Numbered from the stretch's first letter, positions 1 through 10,378 are shown. The stretch: DNA of 45,189 bases from Chloroflexota bacterium (GCA_045804885.1 JBJMMH010000091.1:1-45189), one strand, 5' to 3'. Notes: generated by a model from the sequence alone, not told the origin. Made by a program: numbers and translations.

Positions 1-118
1 GTCAACGGCGCGCAGCGTCAGGCCGAGTGGACCCTCGTCGAGGGCTGCTGCTGCGTGGCGCTGGCGAAGGTCGCGGCCGAGGGCATGGCCGGACTCTCGG
101 CTACGCGGGGCGGCGATG

Positions 119-1084
119 TCAAGCGGGGCCCAGTCCGCCGATCGCGAGAACCTCGGCCCCGAGCCGGGCTCGGGCCGCGTCGTCGGACATGATCGTGTCA
201 GTGATATGCGGGCGAGGCCCGAGCGCCGCGATCTCGGACCCGAGACTGGAATCCACGGCGTCGACGACGAAATCCGTCGCGACGTCGGCATACAGTCGGG
301 CGACCCCGGCGGCCGTCGCCTCGTGGCCGAGCGACGCGAGCATCCGATCCGCCGGGCCCTTGAGCGCCTTGCCACCGACGATCCCGGAGACGGCCACGAC
401 GCGCGCGCCCCGCATCCGGGCCGTCCCGATCGCGGCGCGGACGCCGGACAGCGCCAGGATCGGCCCGACCGACACGATGGGGTTGGACGGCGCGATCACG
501 ACGAGGTTCGCGTCCTCGATCGCGGCCCTGACCTCGCGAGTGGCCGACGCCCGGTCGACGCCGCGGAACCGCACGTCGCGGACGTCGGGTTCCTGGTGAC
601 GTCGGACGAAGTAGTCCTGGAAGTCGAGCCAGCCGTCGTCGGTGCGGACCTCGGTCCGGACCTCGTGGTCGGTCATCGGGAGGATCGTCGCCGCGACCCC
701 GAGCGCCGCCTGCAGCCCGCGGCAGACGTCGGTGAGCCGCTCGCCGCGGCCCAGCCGCGCCGTCCGGACGACGTGCGTCGCCATGTCCCGATCGCCGAGG
801 CGGAACCACGTCTCCTCGCCGTACCGCTCGAGCATTTCCGCCATCGCGAACGTCTCGCCGTAGAGCCCCCAGCCGAGCTCGCGGTTCGCGAGGTCGGCGA
901 GCGTGTACATCACCGTGTCGTGGTCCGGCATGACGAGCAGGCCGTGCCGCTCGAGGTCGTCGCCGGTGTTGACGACGACGGTCAGCCGATCGCCGAGATG
1001 CGCCTGGAGGCCCTGGGCCAGCTTCGCGCCGCCGACGCCGCCCGCGAGCACGACGACGCGCTCGCCCGCGGCAGCCTCAGCCAT
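119..1084 (-). CDS. cofD: 2-phospho-L-lactate transferase (F420 biosynthesis)
   Basis: Motifs [53 protein letters not shown] at 1084 overlaps the end of the upstream gene. Confidence 0.95.
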   Translation of the reverse strand: MAEAAAGERVVVLAGGVGGAKLAQGLQAHLGDRLTVVVNTGDDLERHGLLVMPDHDTVMYTLADLANRELGWGLYGETFAMAEMLERYGEETWFRLGDRDMATHVVRTARLGRGERLTDVCRGLQAALGVAATILPMTDHEVRTEVRTDDGWLDFQDYFVRRHQEPDVRDVRFRGVDRASATREVRAAIEDANLVVIAPSNPIVSVGPILALSGVRAAIGTARMRGARVVAVSGIVGGKALKGPADRMLASLGHEATAAGVARLYADVATDFVVDAVDSSLGSEIAALGPRPHITDTIMSDDAARARLGAEVLAIGGLGPA

Positions 1085-2063
1085 GCACGCCGACGCCTCG
1101 GAGCAGCTCCGCCACCTCGGGCATCCGGTCGATGGTCTCGACGTCGTACGGGTTCGGCAGCCTGACAATCACCGTCGAGAAGCCGAGCTCCGCGTATGGC
1201 CGGAGAGCGTCGGCGACGAGGCGCGGGCTGCCGAGCAGCGTCGGAGCGTCGAGGTCGTCGGTGCCGTTTGCGGCGAGAACGTTGCGGAACGCGGCCTCGG
1301 CGTCCGCGGCCTCGTCGCGGATCACGATCGGGAAGCTGATCGTCAGCTCGATCTCGCCGGCGTCACGGCTGACGTCCGCGCAGTGGCCGCGGAGGATGTC
1401 GAGGCGGCCCCTCACCTCCTCGACCGTGCCCGAGGTGTTCCAGGCGTCGGCATAGCGGGCGGTCGTCCGGAGCGTCTTCTTTGGGCCGGAGCCGCCGATC
1501 AGGATCGGGAGCGGCCGCTGGATGGGGCGCGGCTCGCAGAGCGCGTCGTCGAGCCGGTAGAAGCGGCCCTCGTGACTGAACCGCTCACCGGCGAGCAGCC
1601 GCCGCATGATCCCGACCGACTCGTCGAGTCGATCGAGCCGCTCGCCGAAGCCCGTGCCCCACGCGTCGATCCCGTAGGCGTCGTGCTCCCGCTCGAACCA
1701 TGCCCCACCGATGCCGAGCACAGCCCGGCCGTTGCTGATGTTGTCGAGCGTCGTCGCGAGCTTGGCGGTCAGGCCCGGGTAGCGGAAGGTGTTCGCGCCG
1801 ACCATGAGCCCTAGGCGGACCTTGCTGGTCACGGCGGCCGTTGCCGCGAGCGTCGTCCAGCCCTCGAGGATCGGCTGCTCCCACGGCCCGAAGATCGCGA
1901 GCAGGTGGTCCCAGGTCCAGACGCTGTGCCAGCCCGCGGCCTCCGCCCGCAGGGCACCATCGCGGAACTGAGGCCACGTCGTGTGCTGCGACCAGAGCTG
2001 GGCGCCGAACTGCATCGTGTCGCTCGTCGCGGTTTTGCGCGCCGCTGCGTCGGTCGTCGTCAT
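1077..2063 (-). CDS. LLM-class (luciferase-like) oxidoreductase, probably F420-dependent
   Basis: Motifs [31 protein letters not shown]. Adjacent to cofD. Confidence 0.9.
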   Translation of the reverse strand: MTTTDAAARKTATSDTMQFGAQLWSQHTTWPQFRDGALRAEAAGWHSVWTWDHLLAIFGPWEQPILEGWTTLAATAAVTSKVRLGLMVGANTFRYPGLTAKLATTLDNISNGRAVLGIGGAWFEREHDAYGIDAWGTGFGERLDRLDESVGIMRRLLAGERFSHEGRFYRLDDALCEPRPIQRPLPILIGGSGPKKTLRTTARYADAWNTSGTVEEVRGRLDILRGHCADVSRDAGEIELTISFPIVIRDEAADAEAAFRNVLAANGTDDLDAPTLLGSPRLVADALRPYAELGFSTVIVRLPNPYDVETIDRMPEVAELLRGVGVHG

Positions 2064-2072
2064 CGTCTCGCC

Positions 2073-2507
2073 TCAGTCGCGATCGAGGTGGTCGTGGATA
2101 CCCGTCGGCGTCAAGCGGAAGCTCACGCGGCGCTGAGGACGGAAGCGGCGCTCGATCAGCTCCTCGGCGGCGGCGGGGTTCGCGGCGTGGTAGCGACGGG
2201 CCATCGCGGCGATGTCGGCGTGGGCCTGATCCGGATCGTCGACGACCTCGACGGTCCCTGTCAGCCCGACCCACTGCTCGTTTTCCGCCGCGGTGATCGC
2301 GATCGAGACGCGCGGATCGCGTCGCAGGTTGGTCGGCCACAGCCGGCCCTCGAGGCTGTTGACGACGATCGTCTCGCCCTCGAGCAGGTACCAGACGACA
2401 GCCTGGCGCGGAGCCCCGTCGGCGTCCGTCGTCGCGACTGCCGCGTATCGCGGCTCAGCGAGGAACGCGCGGACGTGGTGGGGCAGGGGAGTGGTCAAGG
2501 TCGGCAT
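2073..2507 (-). CDS. PPOX-class F420-dependent oxidoreductase
   Basis: AVATTDADGAP..VWY...NLRRDPRVSI pattern. Leaderless ATG 6 nt after TACGAT (2514-2519). Confidence 0.88.
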   Translation of the reverse strand: MPTLTTPLPHHVRAFLAEPRYAAVATTDADGAPRQAVVWYLLEGETIVVNSLEGRLWPTNLRRDPRVSIAITAAENEQWVGLTGTVEVVDDPDQAHADIAAMARRYHAANPAAAEELIERRFRPQRRVSFRLTPTGIHDHLDRD

Positions 2508-2696
2508 CGGCGGATCGTAGCGCCACCTGTCAGTCCGCGGCGGCGGAGTCGTCCCGCTGGTCCTGTAGACCGGATCCTGATCTGGCATTGCCACACGGCC
2601 CGTGCCCAGCCGCTTCGACGTTGAATTCCGGTCCACGGGACCTGTCGGCGCGCTCAGGTGGCCGAACCGGACCTCGCGAGGGCGGCGCGGAGCCCG

Positions 2697-3890
2697 CTAC
2701 TTGGCCCCGGCTGTGCCCGATCGGTGGGCGGGGGCGGGCACGGCGCCCCGGACGCGCCGCGCGACGGCGGATCGGGCGTGATCCAGGCGTAGCTCGGTCA
2801 TGGGCCGCGGCGCTTGCGGATCGATCGACGGCCGCCCGATGAGATAGCCCTGGCCCAGCTCGACGCCGAGCTCCTTGAGCGTCGCGAGGTCGGCCCGCCG
2901 CTCGATGCCCTCGGCGAGCAACCGCGCCCCGATCCGCCTCCCGAACGACACGAATGCCTCCACCAGGGCTTGCTTCGCGTCGTCACGGGCGATGCCGAGT
3001 GCGATCAGGCGGTCGATCTTGATGATCGACGGTCGGAGCGACGCGATCAGCGAGAAGCTGGCGTACCCGGCACCGGCGTCGTCGATCGCGAACCCGAACC
3101 CGAGTCGGCGGAGCGCCTTGACCTGCCGCTTCAACGGGACGACGTCGGAAACCGCCTGCTGCTCCGTGCACTCGAGCGTGATCTGCGGCGGCTGCAACCC
3201 CGCCTCGAGCGCCAGGATCGCCAGCGCTCGTGCCTCGAACTGGGGGTCGAGAAGCGATGCCGGCGTGAAATTGATCGCGATGCGCAGCGGCGGATCGCCG
3301 ACCGCGTGGCGCGCGGCCTCGATCTCGCCGGCCCTGCCAAGGATCGTCCGGACGATGAACCCGTCGAGCTCGACCGACCGATCGGTGTCGATCGCCGCCT
3401 GGACGATCGCGCTGATCGACTGCGGGAGCATCGGCATCGTCGGCCGGAACAGGCACTCGTACTCGTGGAGGCGCCCCGTCGCGAGCTCGACGATCGGCTG
3501 GAACGCGACCTTGTGGAGGTTCCGGAGGCTGAAGAAATAGTCGAGCGTCTTCATCTGCACGAGCTGGCTCGAGGGCGACATCCCGATCCGGTCCGCGAGA
3601 CCCGACTGTTGAACGGCCTCGGCCATAGCCGCGATGTGGCGCTCACCCTCGGGTAGCGCCCGGTCGAGATCGACGAGTCCGTATGCCGGCGAATGGACCT
3701 GCTCGGCGATCGCGGCCGCCAGCGCGTCGGTCATCTCTGACGCCGGTCCGATCACCACGATTCCCGATTCGAGCTCGAGGATCCGGGAGTCGGCAGTCGC
3801 TGACGCGACGCGCGACGCGAACCGGATGTCGCGCGACCAGAGGAGGCGCTCCTGAGCGGCCGACTTCGACGACGAGAAGAGGCGGCGCAC
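2697..3890 (-). CDS. EAL-domain c-di-GMP phosphodiesterase
   Basis: Motifs FQPIV, ECLFR (EAL variant), AIN, LECTE, DDAGAGYAS, IKIDR, AEGIE, GQGY. GTG start with GGAG SD. Confidence 0.9.
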   Translation of the reverse strand: MRRLFSSSKSAAQERLLWSRDIRFASRVASATADSRILELESGIVVIGPASEMTDALAAAIAEQVHSPAYGLVDLDRALPEGERHIAAMAEAVQQSGLADRIGMSPSSQLVQMKTLDYFFSLRNLHKVAFQPIVELATGRLHEYECLFRPTMPMLPQSISAIVQAAIDTDRSVELDGFIVRTILGRAGEIEAARHAVGDPPLRIAINFTPASLLDPQFEARALAILALEAGLQPPQITLECTEQQAVSDVVPLKRQVKALRRLGFGFAIDDAGAGYASFSLIASLRPSIIKIDRLIALGIARDDAKQALVEAFVSFGRRIGARLLAEGIERRADLATLKELGVELGQGYLIGRPSIDPQAPRPMTELRLDHARSAVARRVRGAVPAPAHRSGTAGAK

Positions 3891-4026
3891 GTCACTCCAC
3901 CGGCGGCTTGTTCCGCGCGGACGCCGGCCAGTTGGCGCTCACCGGACGACAGCGCCCGGCGATTGTGGCGCCTGATGAACGGCCGAACGGGGGCACCAAC
4001 GGTCCAGCCCGGCCATGACCTCCGTA

Positions 4027-4728
4027 CTAACCCGCGTCGGCTGCGTCAGCAAGGCGCTCGCCGGCCCCGATCGGGATGTCGAGGCGGTTCTCGGGCGGCG
4101 CCAAGGGGCAGGCCCACTTCGGGTCGAACGCGCACGACGGCTGGTAGGCGAAATTGAAATCGAGGACCAGGGTGCCGTCGGCGGGGTCGCCGCCGAGGTC
4201 CGCCGACTTCGCGGCATCGAGCAAGTACCGGCCGGCGGCGTACGTCTCGCGGCCGTTCGTGGCGTCGCGAAAGGGGATGAACAGCCCACCGGCGTAGCCG
4301 GCCATCCAGAACACGCCGAGCGTGCGCGGACCCTCCGCGAACGGGATCTCGACGTGGCCGATGCGGCTGAAGCTCATCGATCCGCCGGCGCTGACCGGCA
4401 GCTCAATCGCGCCCCGTTCGGCGCCGTTCGAGATCGCGATTGACGGATCCGCCGCGGGCGGCGCTGGATCGGCGACGACGCGGACGACGAACCGGCGGGT
4501 CGGATCATGCTCGAAATGACGGGCCTGGAACGTCGTCCGCGCCTCTGCCGGCAACGGTGTCGAGGGATGCTCCCGGAACAGTTCCTCGCGGGTCACACGC
4601 CACAGCTTGAGCGCGGCCCCGATGTCCGTCGCCGACAAGCGCCGGACGTCGGCGTAGAGATCAGCGACGCGGCGGCGCCAGTCGGCAAGGTCGAGTGTTT
4701 CGTCGAGTCCGCGGCCGCCTTCCGTCAT
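4027..4728 (-). CDS. DUF1684 family protein
   Basis: FRDATNGRETYAAGRYL and LDFNFAYQPSCAF...CPLAPPENRL. Leaderless ATG 7 nt after TACGAT (4736-4741). Confidence 0.88.
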   Translation of the reverse strand: MTEGGRGLDETLDLADWRRRVADLYADVRRLSATDIGAALKLWRVTREELFREHPSTPLPAEARTTFQARHFEHDPTRRFVVRVVADPAPPAADPSIAISNGAERGAIELPVSAGGSMSFSRIGHVEIPFAEGPRTLGVFWMAGYAGGLFIPFRDATNGRETYAAGRYLLDAAKSADLGGDPADGTLVLDFNFAYQPSCAFDPKWACPLAPPENRLDIPIGAGERLADAADAG

Positions 4729-4804
4729 GACCGACATCGTAGGCGGGTTCCGCGCGACGCAGCCGGGCTAGAATCGCGCCGACCAGGGGGCCAGGGAGGT
4801 GAGC

Positions 4805-5653
4805 GTGGCGGATCAGGCCGAGATCGGGGTGTTCGGCGGGTCGGGGTTCTACTCGCTGCTCGATGACGTCCGCGAGATCAAGGTCGATACGCCCTACGGG
4901 CCGCCGTCCGACTCGTTCTTCCTTGCGACCGTGTCGGGTCGGCGCGTCGGCTTCCTGCCGCGCCACGGCCGCCGTCACACGATCCCGCCCCATCTCATCA
5001 ACTACCGGGCGAACGTCTGGGCGATGCGTTCGCTCGGCGTCAAGGCCGTCATCTCGCCGTGCGCCGCGGGCTCGCTGCAGCGGCACGTCAAGCCCGGCGA
5101 CTTCGTCCTGTGCGACCAGTTCGTCGATCGGACGCGGGGCCGCAACGACACGTTCTTCGACGGCCCCGTCGTGACCCACCTGTCGTCGGCCGACATCTAC
5201 GACCCGGAGCTGCGTCGGGTCGCCCTGGACGTCTGCCAGGAGCAGGGCATCGACGTCCACGAGCGAGGCACGATCGTCGTCATCAACGGCCCTCGCTTCT
5301 CGAGCAAGGCCGAGTCGAAGTGGTTCAGCGACGCCGGCTGGGAGGTCGTCTCGATGACGCAGTATCCCGAGGCGTACCTCTGCCGCGAACTCGGGATGGC
5401 GGTCGTGAACATCGCCCTCATCACCGACTACGACGCCGGCGTCCTCGAGGGTACAGAGGCGGTTGATGCCCGCTCCGTCCTGGAGGTCTTTTCACAGAAC
5501 GTCGAGCGGATCCAGAAGGTCGTGCTCGACATGATCGAGCGGTTTCCGACCGACCTCGACGCCCTCGGCGCGCGCGACGCGCTTCGGCACACGCGCGGCG
5601 ACGGCCACGCCGAAGCGCCCGAGGACATCCGGCTGTTCGAGACGGGGTTGTAG
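4805..5653 (+). CDS. mtnP: S-methyl-5'-thioadenosine phosphorylase
   Basis: Motifs IGVFGGSG, TPYG, PRHG..H..PPH.INYRAN, GPRFSSKAES, SMT..PE, TDYD. GGAGG SD at 4795-4799; TAGAAT at 4769-4774. Confidence 0.93.
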   Translation: MADQAEIGVFGGSGFYSLLDDVREIKVDTPYGPPSDSFFLATVSGRRVGFLPRHGRRHTIPPHLINYRANVWAMRSLGVKAVISPCAAGSLQRHVKPGDFVLCDQFVDRTRGRNDTFFDGPVVTHLSSADIYDPELRRVALDVCQEQGIDVHERGTIVVINGPRFSSKAESKWFSDAGWEVVSMTQYPEAYLCRELGMAVVNIALITDYDAGVLEGTEAVDARSVLEVFSQNVERIQKVVLDMIERFPTDLDALGARDALRHTRGDGHAEAPEDIRLFETGL

Positions 5654-5661
5654 GCGGGACC

Positions 5662-6504
5662 GTGGCCGAGCCGCCCCGGATCGGCGCGGTTCTCACGACG
5701 CTCGGCGTCGACGCGCGCTGGTGGATCGACGCCGCCCGACGACTCGAGGCGGCTGGCTACGCGAGCATCTGGTGCTGGGACCATTTCGTCAGCCGCGGCG
5801 AGAAGACGACGCCCGTGCTCGAGTCCTGGACGGTCCTGAGCGCGACGGCCGCGGTGACGGAGCGGGTGACCATCGGGCCGTTCGTCGCGAACGTCATGAA
5901 CCGGCATCCCGCGGTTCTCGCACGGATGGCGTCGACGCTCCAGGACGTGAGCGCGGGCCGGCTCCGCCTCGGCCTCGGGATCGGTGGCCACCCGGCTGAG
6001 CACCGGGCGTATGGCATCCCGTTCCCCGAGGCGGCCGTTCGGGCGGATCGGTTGCGCGAGACCATCGAGGCGTTGCGGGCGCTCTGGTCGGGAGGACCGG
6101 TGAGCTACCGCGGCGAGCACGTGGAGCTGACCGACGCGTACGCCTATCCCGCGCCACGGCCGGTGCCCCCGATCCTCGTCGGTGCCGGGACGCCCGCGGG
6201 GATCCGGATCGCCGCGACCCTCGGCGACGGCTGGGCGGCCGAGGCCGACGAGTTCTTCGAGCTCGAACCGCGCTATCGCGATGCGCTGGCCGGCGCGGGC
6301 AGACGACGCGAGGACCAAAGGGTGGTGCTTTCGTTCGGCGGCTGGCGGCGCAAGACGAGCGAATGGCTCCGGGACCATCCGCTGATCACCGCGCCGCGCG
6401 ACGAGCTCGCGCGGCTGAACGACGCAGGCGCCGACGAGGCGATCCTGACCGTCCGGACGAGCGAGGATGTCGACACGCTGGTCGCCGCCGCCGATCGCTG
6501 GTAG
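5662..6504 (+). CDS. LLM-class flavin/F420-dependent oxidoreductase
   Basis: Motifs WCWDH, ESWTVLSA, GRLRLGLGIG, PPILVG. Confidence 0.88.
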   Translation: MAEPPRIGAVLTTLGVDARWWIDAARRLEAAGYASIWCWDHFVSRGEKTTPVLESWTVLSATAAVTERVTIGPFVANVMNRHPAVLARMASTLQDVSAGRLRLGLGIGGHPAEHRAYGIPFPEAAVRADRLRETIEALRALWSGGPVSYRGEHVELTDAYAYPAPRPVPPILVGAGTPAGIRIAATLGDGWAAEADEFFELEPRYRDALAGAGRRREDQRVVLSFGGWRRKTSEWLRDHPLITAPRDELARLNDAGADEAILTVRTSEDVDTLVAAADRW

Positions 6505-6524
6505 GTGGCAGGATTGACCTCCCG

Positions 6525-7013
6525 ATGCCCACACATGTCAGCCCCGTCGCGCAGCCTCCCGCGAGCCCGCCCGCGCTGACTCACGCCTGCGCCAGGTGCG
6601 GCGCGCCGGTGCCGCTGGACGTCGGGCTCTGCGAGCGCTGCAATCCGCTCGGGCTGCGCGATGCGGCGAGCAGTCAGGTCCACGGCACCGTGTTCGTCGC
6701 GGTCGGCCTTGCGGTCGTCGTCCTCGCCGCGGCGGCGGTGCTGCTCGTGTCGGGGATCGGCCCGTTTTCGGCCCGCGTCCTGGCCTTCCATCCCAGCGGC
6801 GAAGGGCTCGCGGTCTCACTGAGCGTGACGAACTCCGGGACCTCGTTGGGCTCGACGACGTGCCGCATCACCGACCCGTCGACCACGACCGGTCGTGCCG
6901 CGCTCATCCAGACGCCCCGAATCGGGCCGGGGGCGACGCTCGAGTTCGACGCAACGGTGACCGGCATCGGAACGACGGCGAAGACGCTCGCCGTCGTCTG
7001 CTCGTCGCCGTGA
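6525..7013 (+). CDS. Hypothetical membrane protein with N-terminal zinc ribbon
   Basis: CARC...CERC, one TM helix, then a beta-rich domain. Its stop overlaps the next start (GTGA). Confidence 0.7.
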   Translation: MPTHVSPVAQPPASPPALTHACARCGAPVPLDVGLCERCNPLGLRDAASSQVHGTVFVAVGLAVVVLAAAAVLLVSGIGPFSARVLAFHPSGEGLAVSLSVTNSGTSLGSTTCRITDPSTTTGRAALIQTPRIGPGATLEFDATVTGIGTTAKTLAVVCSSP

Positions 7014-7849
7014 GCGCGACGTCGGCTTCGTCGGTTCCCGCGCCGCCCTCGGCATTGCGCGCCGCCGACCTCGCGTTCGCGACGGACATCGCCCGGGAGG
7101 CCGGTCGCATCCTCATGGACCGCTACGAGCGGATCGAGCGGATCGACTACAAGAGCGCCCGGGACATCGTCACCGAGGTCGACCACCTCAGCGAAGAGAT
7201 GATCATCGCGGCGATCCGCGAGCGCCATCCCGGCGATGGCGTGCTGGCCGAGGAGTCCGGCGCCCACCCCACGCGCGAGGGCCACCAGCCCGATGCCGGC
7301 AGCGGCCGCGTCTGGATCATCGACCCCGTCGACGGCACCGTGAACTACGCGAACGGCATCCCGTTCTTCTGCGTCTCGATCGGACTCGCGGTCGACGGCC
7401 GGCCGTCCGTCGGCGTCGTCTTCGACCCGGCCCGGGACGAGCTGTTCGCGGCCTCGGCCGACGGCCCGGCGACCCTCGACGGCGAGCCCGTTCGCGCTTC
7501 CGAAAAGGAGAAGCTGTCGGACTTCGTCGTGCAGATGGCGCTGGGCGGCCGGGCCGTCGTCCGCCGGGCCCGAGCCGTCCGCAAGCAGATCCGCATCTCG
7601 CGATCGATGGGCTCGTCGGCGCTGGCGCTCGCCTACGTAGCCAACGGCCGGTTCGATGCGTTCATCCAACAGGGCGGCATGTCGAACTGGGACGTGGCCG
7701 CGGCAGGGCTCATCGCCGAGCGCGCGGGCGCGACCGTCACCGCGATGGACGGCGGGCCGTGGTTCGAGATTTCGGCGAAGTCACAAAGCGTCGGTGTCGT
7801 CGCGGCACCATCGGCCCACCACGCGGCGCTCCTGGCGCTGACGCGTTAG
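7010..7849 (+). CDS. Inositol monophosphatase family protein
   Basis: Motifs DIVTEVD, LAEE, WIIDPVDGTVNY, WDVAAA. Confidence 0.93.
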   Translation: MSATSASSVPAPPSALRAADLAFATDIAREAGRILMDRYERIERIDYKSARDIVTEVDHLSEEMIIAAIRERHPGDGVLAEESGAHPTREGHQPDAGSGRVWIIDPVDGTVNYANGIPFFCVSIGLAVDGRPSVGVVFDPARDELFAASADGPATLDGEPVRASEKEKLSDFVVQMALGGRAVVRRARAVRKQIRISRSMGSSALALAYVANGRFDAFIQQGGMSNWDVAAAGLIAERAGATVTAMDGGPWFEISAKSQSVGVVAAPSAHHAALLALTR

Positions 7850-7858
7850 GGTGACCGC

Positions 7859-8098
7859 ATGCCAGAACCGCTGGGCATCGTCGGTTCCGTCGACCCCGAG
7901 GGGTACCTCCGCTTCCGGCACATCACCGTCGACCACGACGAGCTGATGGCCGAGAGCCTCGAGGAGGACGGCGTCCTCTACGAGTGCCCCGTCTGCTCGG
8001 GCGAGACGGTCCTGATGCCCGACTCCGGCCCGTACAAGCTGCCGAGCGGCCCCTCGCTCCACGGCGCCGCCGGCGCCGGCACGATCGCCGAGGGCTGA
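7859..8098 (+). CDS. Small acidic hypothetical protein with CPVC motif
   Basis: 79-aa ORF with GC3-rich codons, directly after the IMPase gene. Confidence 0.65.
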   Translation: MPEPLGIVGSVDPEGYLRFRHITVDHDELMAESLEEDGVLYECPVCSGETVLMPDSGPYKLPSGPSLHGAAGAGTIAEG

Positions 8099-8100
8099 CG

Positions 8101-9003
8101 CTACTCGCCCGACCAACGGTGGGGCCTGTCGCGCAACCGGGCGAGGCCCCACTCGTCGCAGAACGCCTGCCACCGCTTGCGCGGCGCACCCCGCCACTCC
8201 AGCTCCGCGGCTGTCTGTTCCCGGATCGTGACGCCGTCCTCCGCGGTTCGAAGGCGGGCCAGCGAGCGGTACAACAACGCGACGTCAGACTGCTCCCTCA
8301 GCGTCGCGGCGAGGAGGGGGGCGCCGCGGAGACTGGGCACCTCCCATTTGCTGGCCTGGGCCGGAACGCCCTCGAGCGAGCCGTACACGGCGAGGACGGC
8401 CGCGGCCGACTTCGCGCCCCAGCCCGGCAGCCCGGGATAGCCGTCCGATGAGTCGCCGACCAGCGCGAGCCAGTCCGGGATCGACGCCGGCGGCACGCCC
8501 CACTTGGCTCGGACCCCGGCGTCGTCGTAGACGAGGTTCCGGCGGCGGTCCCACAGGACGATCCTGGCGTCCTCTACGAGCTGGGCCATGTCCTTGTCGG
8601 GCGTGCAGATGAGGATCCGCCGGACCTCCGGGTCGGCGGCGAAGCGCCGGGCGGCCGCGGCGATCGCGTCGTCGGCCTCGAACTCGACCATCGGCCACAG
8701 CGTGAGCCCGAGGGCCTCGATCGCCTGCTCGGCGATCGGGAACTGATCGAGGAGCTCGCGGGGCATGCCGGCGCTCGACTTGTAGCCGGCGAAGAGGTCG
8801 TTGCGAAACGACTCGATGACGCGGTCGGTGGCGCAGCCGACGTGGGTCGCGCCCTGCTCACGAAGCAGGAACAGCAGCTGGTCGCAGAGGCCGGAAACGC
8901 CGCTGAGGACGACGTTGTCACGCCCGACGACGGGCGGTCGGGGCGCGTAGTGGGCACGAAACAGCTCGTAGGTTGCGTCGACGAGGTGGATCTCCACGCT
9001 CAC
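8101..9003 (-). CDS. Stand-alone 5'-3' exonuclease / flap endonuclease
   Basis: Motifs HLVD, SFRN...YK, EADD, DKD, LVGDSSDGYPG..GWG.KSA (H3TH). No polymerase domain. Confidence 0.92.
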   Translation of the reverse strand: MSVEIHLVDATYELFRAHYAPRPPVVGRDNVVLSGVSGLCDQLLFLLREQGATHVGCATDRVIESFRNDLFAGYKSSAGMPRELLDQFPIAEQAIEALGLTLWPMVEFEADDAIAAAARRFAADPEVRRILICTPDKDMAQLVEDARIVLWDRRRNLVYDDAGVRAKWGVPPASIPDWLALVGDSSDGYPGLPGWGAKSAAAVLAVYGSLEGVPAQASKWEVPSLRGAPLLAATLREQSDVALLYRSLARLRTAEDGVTIREQTAAELEWRGAPRKRWQAFCDEWGLARLRDRPHRWSGE

Positions 9004-9009
9004 GGATCG

Positions 9010-9672
9010 CTACCGGGTCGGCGTCGCCGCCGCCGTCGACGGTCGTGGAGGAACCCGTGCCTGCCACGGGACGCACCCGGCGGCCTGCATCGCTGCGATC
9101 GCGCGCTGGCCGTCGCCCGAGCGGAGGTTGACGGCGCGGCACGCGTCCAGCAGGACGTACGTGGGGAAGCCGAGGCGGCGGCCGTCGAGTGCCGTCGCGT
9201 TCACGCAGTAATCCGTGGCGAGGCCGCAGACGACGAGCCGCTCGATGCCGCGGTCGCGGAGGAGCGGCTCCAGCTCCGTCGGCGCTGTCTCGCCGGTGAC
9301 CGGATCGCGGGTCGTGAAGCCGGAGTAGCCATCCTCGCCGTTCACGCCCTTGCGCACCCGGGGAGCGTCGTCGGGTGCGCGAAGGCTGGGGAACAGCTGG
9401 GCGCCCCACGTGTCGGCGACGCAGTGGACCGGCCAGATGCCGCCGTCCTTCTGGAAGTGGGGCGTCGAGGCCGGATGCCAGTCCTGGGTCAGGACGACGA
9501 GCGCGCCGGCGGCGCCGGCCGTGGCGATCTCGTCGTTGATCGTCGGGATGATGTCGATGGCTCCGTTCACGGCCAGGCTGCCCGCCGGATCGGCGAAGTC
9601 GTTCTGGACGTCGACGACGATCAGCCCCGTCTGGGGCGTGTATCGCTCACGTTGCTGGGGCCGAGGCTGCAT
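9010..9672 (-). CDS. pncA: Nicotinamidase/pyrazinamidase (isochorismatase family)
   Basis: Motifs VVDVQNDF, DWH, WPVHC, KG...YSGF, GLATDYCV. Leaderless ATG 7 nt after TAGCGT (9680-9685). Confidence 0.92.
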   Translation of the reverse strand: MQPRPQQRERYTPQTGLIVVDVQNDFADPAGSLAVNGAIDIIPTINDEIATAGAAGALVVLTQDWHPASTPHFQKDGGIWPVHCVADTWGAQLFPSLRAPDDAPRVRKGVNGEDGYSGFTTRDPVTGETAPTELEPLLRDRGIERLVVCGLATDYCVNATALDGRRLGFPTYVLLDACRAVNLRSGDGQRAIAAMQAAGCVPWQARVPPRPSTAAATPTR

Positions 9673-9771
9673 GGAAGGAACGCTACCGCAGAACATCGCG
9701 ATGTCGCCGGGACCGGCAGCCAGCGACGCGGGCCGGAACCCGCGCCGCGCCGATCTGCCGGCCCGGGCAAC

Positions 9772-9804
9772 AAGAAACGGCGGCGTCCGGTGGGACGCCG
9801 CCGT
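9772..9804 (-). terminator. Intrinsic terminator after the YggT-like gene
   Basis: 12-bp stem ACGGCGGCGTCC / GGACGCCGCCGT, followed on the minus strand by TTCTTGTT. Confidence 0.75.
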
Positions 9805-9833
9805 GCTTCGGGGCGCGTTTGGAGCTGAGGAAC

Positions 9834-10226
9834 CTACACCGCCGGCTCGCGCCGGAAGACGCCGACCGCGGCAAGGATCAGCGCCTCGAGCAGCGTCCAG
9901 CCGATCAGGGCGAGGATCGCCGCGACGTCGAGGACAGAGCCGCCGGACTGCAGCGCGTTCGTGTTCAACATGCCCTCGAACGGAGCCACGAAGATCTGGC
10001 TCGCGTTGAGCACCCAGGAGACCAGGTCGTTGCCTTCGCGGGCGTCCATCAGGAGGAACACGATCCGCAGCAGGATCAGGACCTGGATGATCCCGAACAG
10101 CAGGATCACGATCCGGCTTGCGACGGCGCCACCGCTCGGTCGGGCCGTAACGGTGCGGCGGCTTACCCGGGTGTCACCGTCGACGTAGTCGTCATCGTGG
10201 ACGACCGTTCTCTCGTCGTATGTCAT
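9834..10226 (-). CDS. YggT-family membrane protein
   Basis: Pattern LILLRIVFLL...N.LV..V...S..FVAPF with hydrophobic helices. GGAGG SD. Confidence 0.82.
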   Translation of the reverse strand: MTYDERTVVHDDDYVDGDTRVSRRTVTARPSGGAVASRIVILLFGIIQVLILLRIVFLLMDAREGNDLVSWVLNASQIFVAPFEGMLNTNALQSGGSVLDVAAILALIGWTLLEALILAAVGVFRREPAV

Positions 10227-10275
10227 TACTCACAACCTCCCATCCAGGCACCCACCGCACACGGCGGGAACCTGC

Positions 10276-10341
10276 AGCGTGCGTCCCACCGGGGTACACG
10301 GCCGCAAGGCGCCCGGTCGGGCGCCTTGCAGTGGGGTGTCG
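10276..10341 (-). promoter_or_regulatory. Direct-repeat box + -10 (YggT gene)
   Basis: CGACAC-CCCAC-TGCAAG (10325-10341), 43 nt, CACGCT (10276-10281). Confidence 0.6.
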
Positions 10342-10378
10342 GTTGAACGTGCCGGCCGAGTGCCGCCACGCGCGAGGG

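Noticed and set aside
1-118. Possible 5' end of cofE (minus-strand frame ending ...GLTLRAVD at the window edge)
   Set aside because: The context fits, but only a few residues are visible and I found no clear in-frame start codon.
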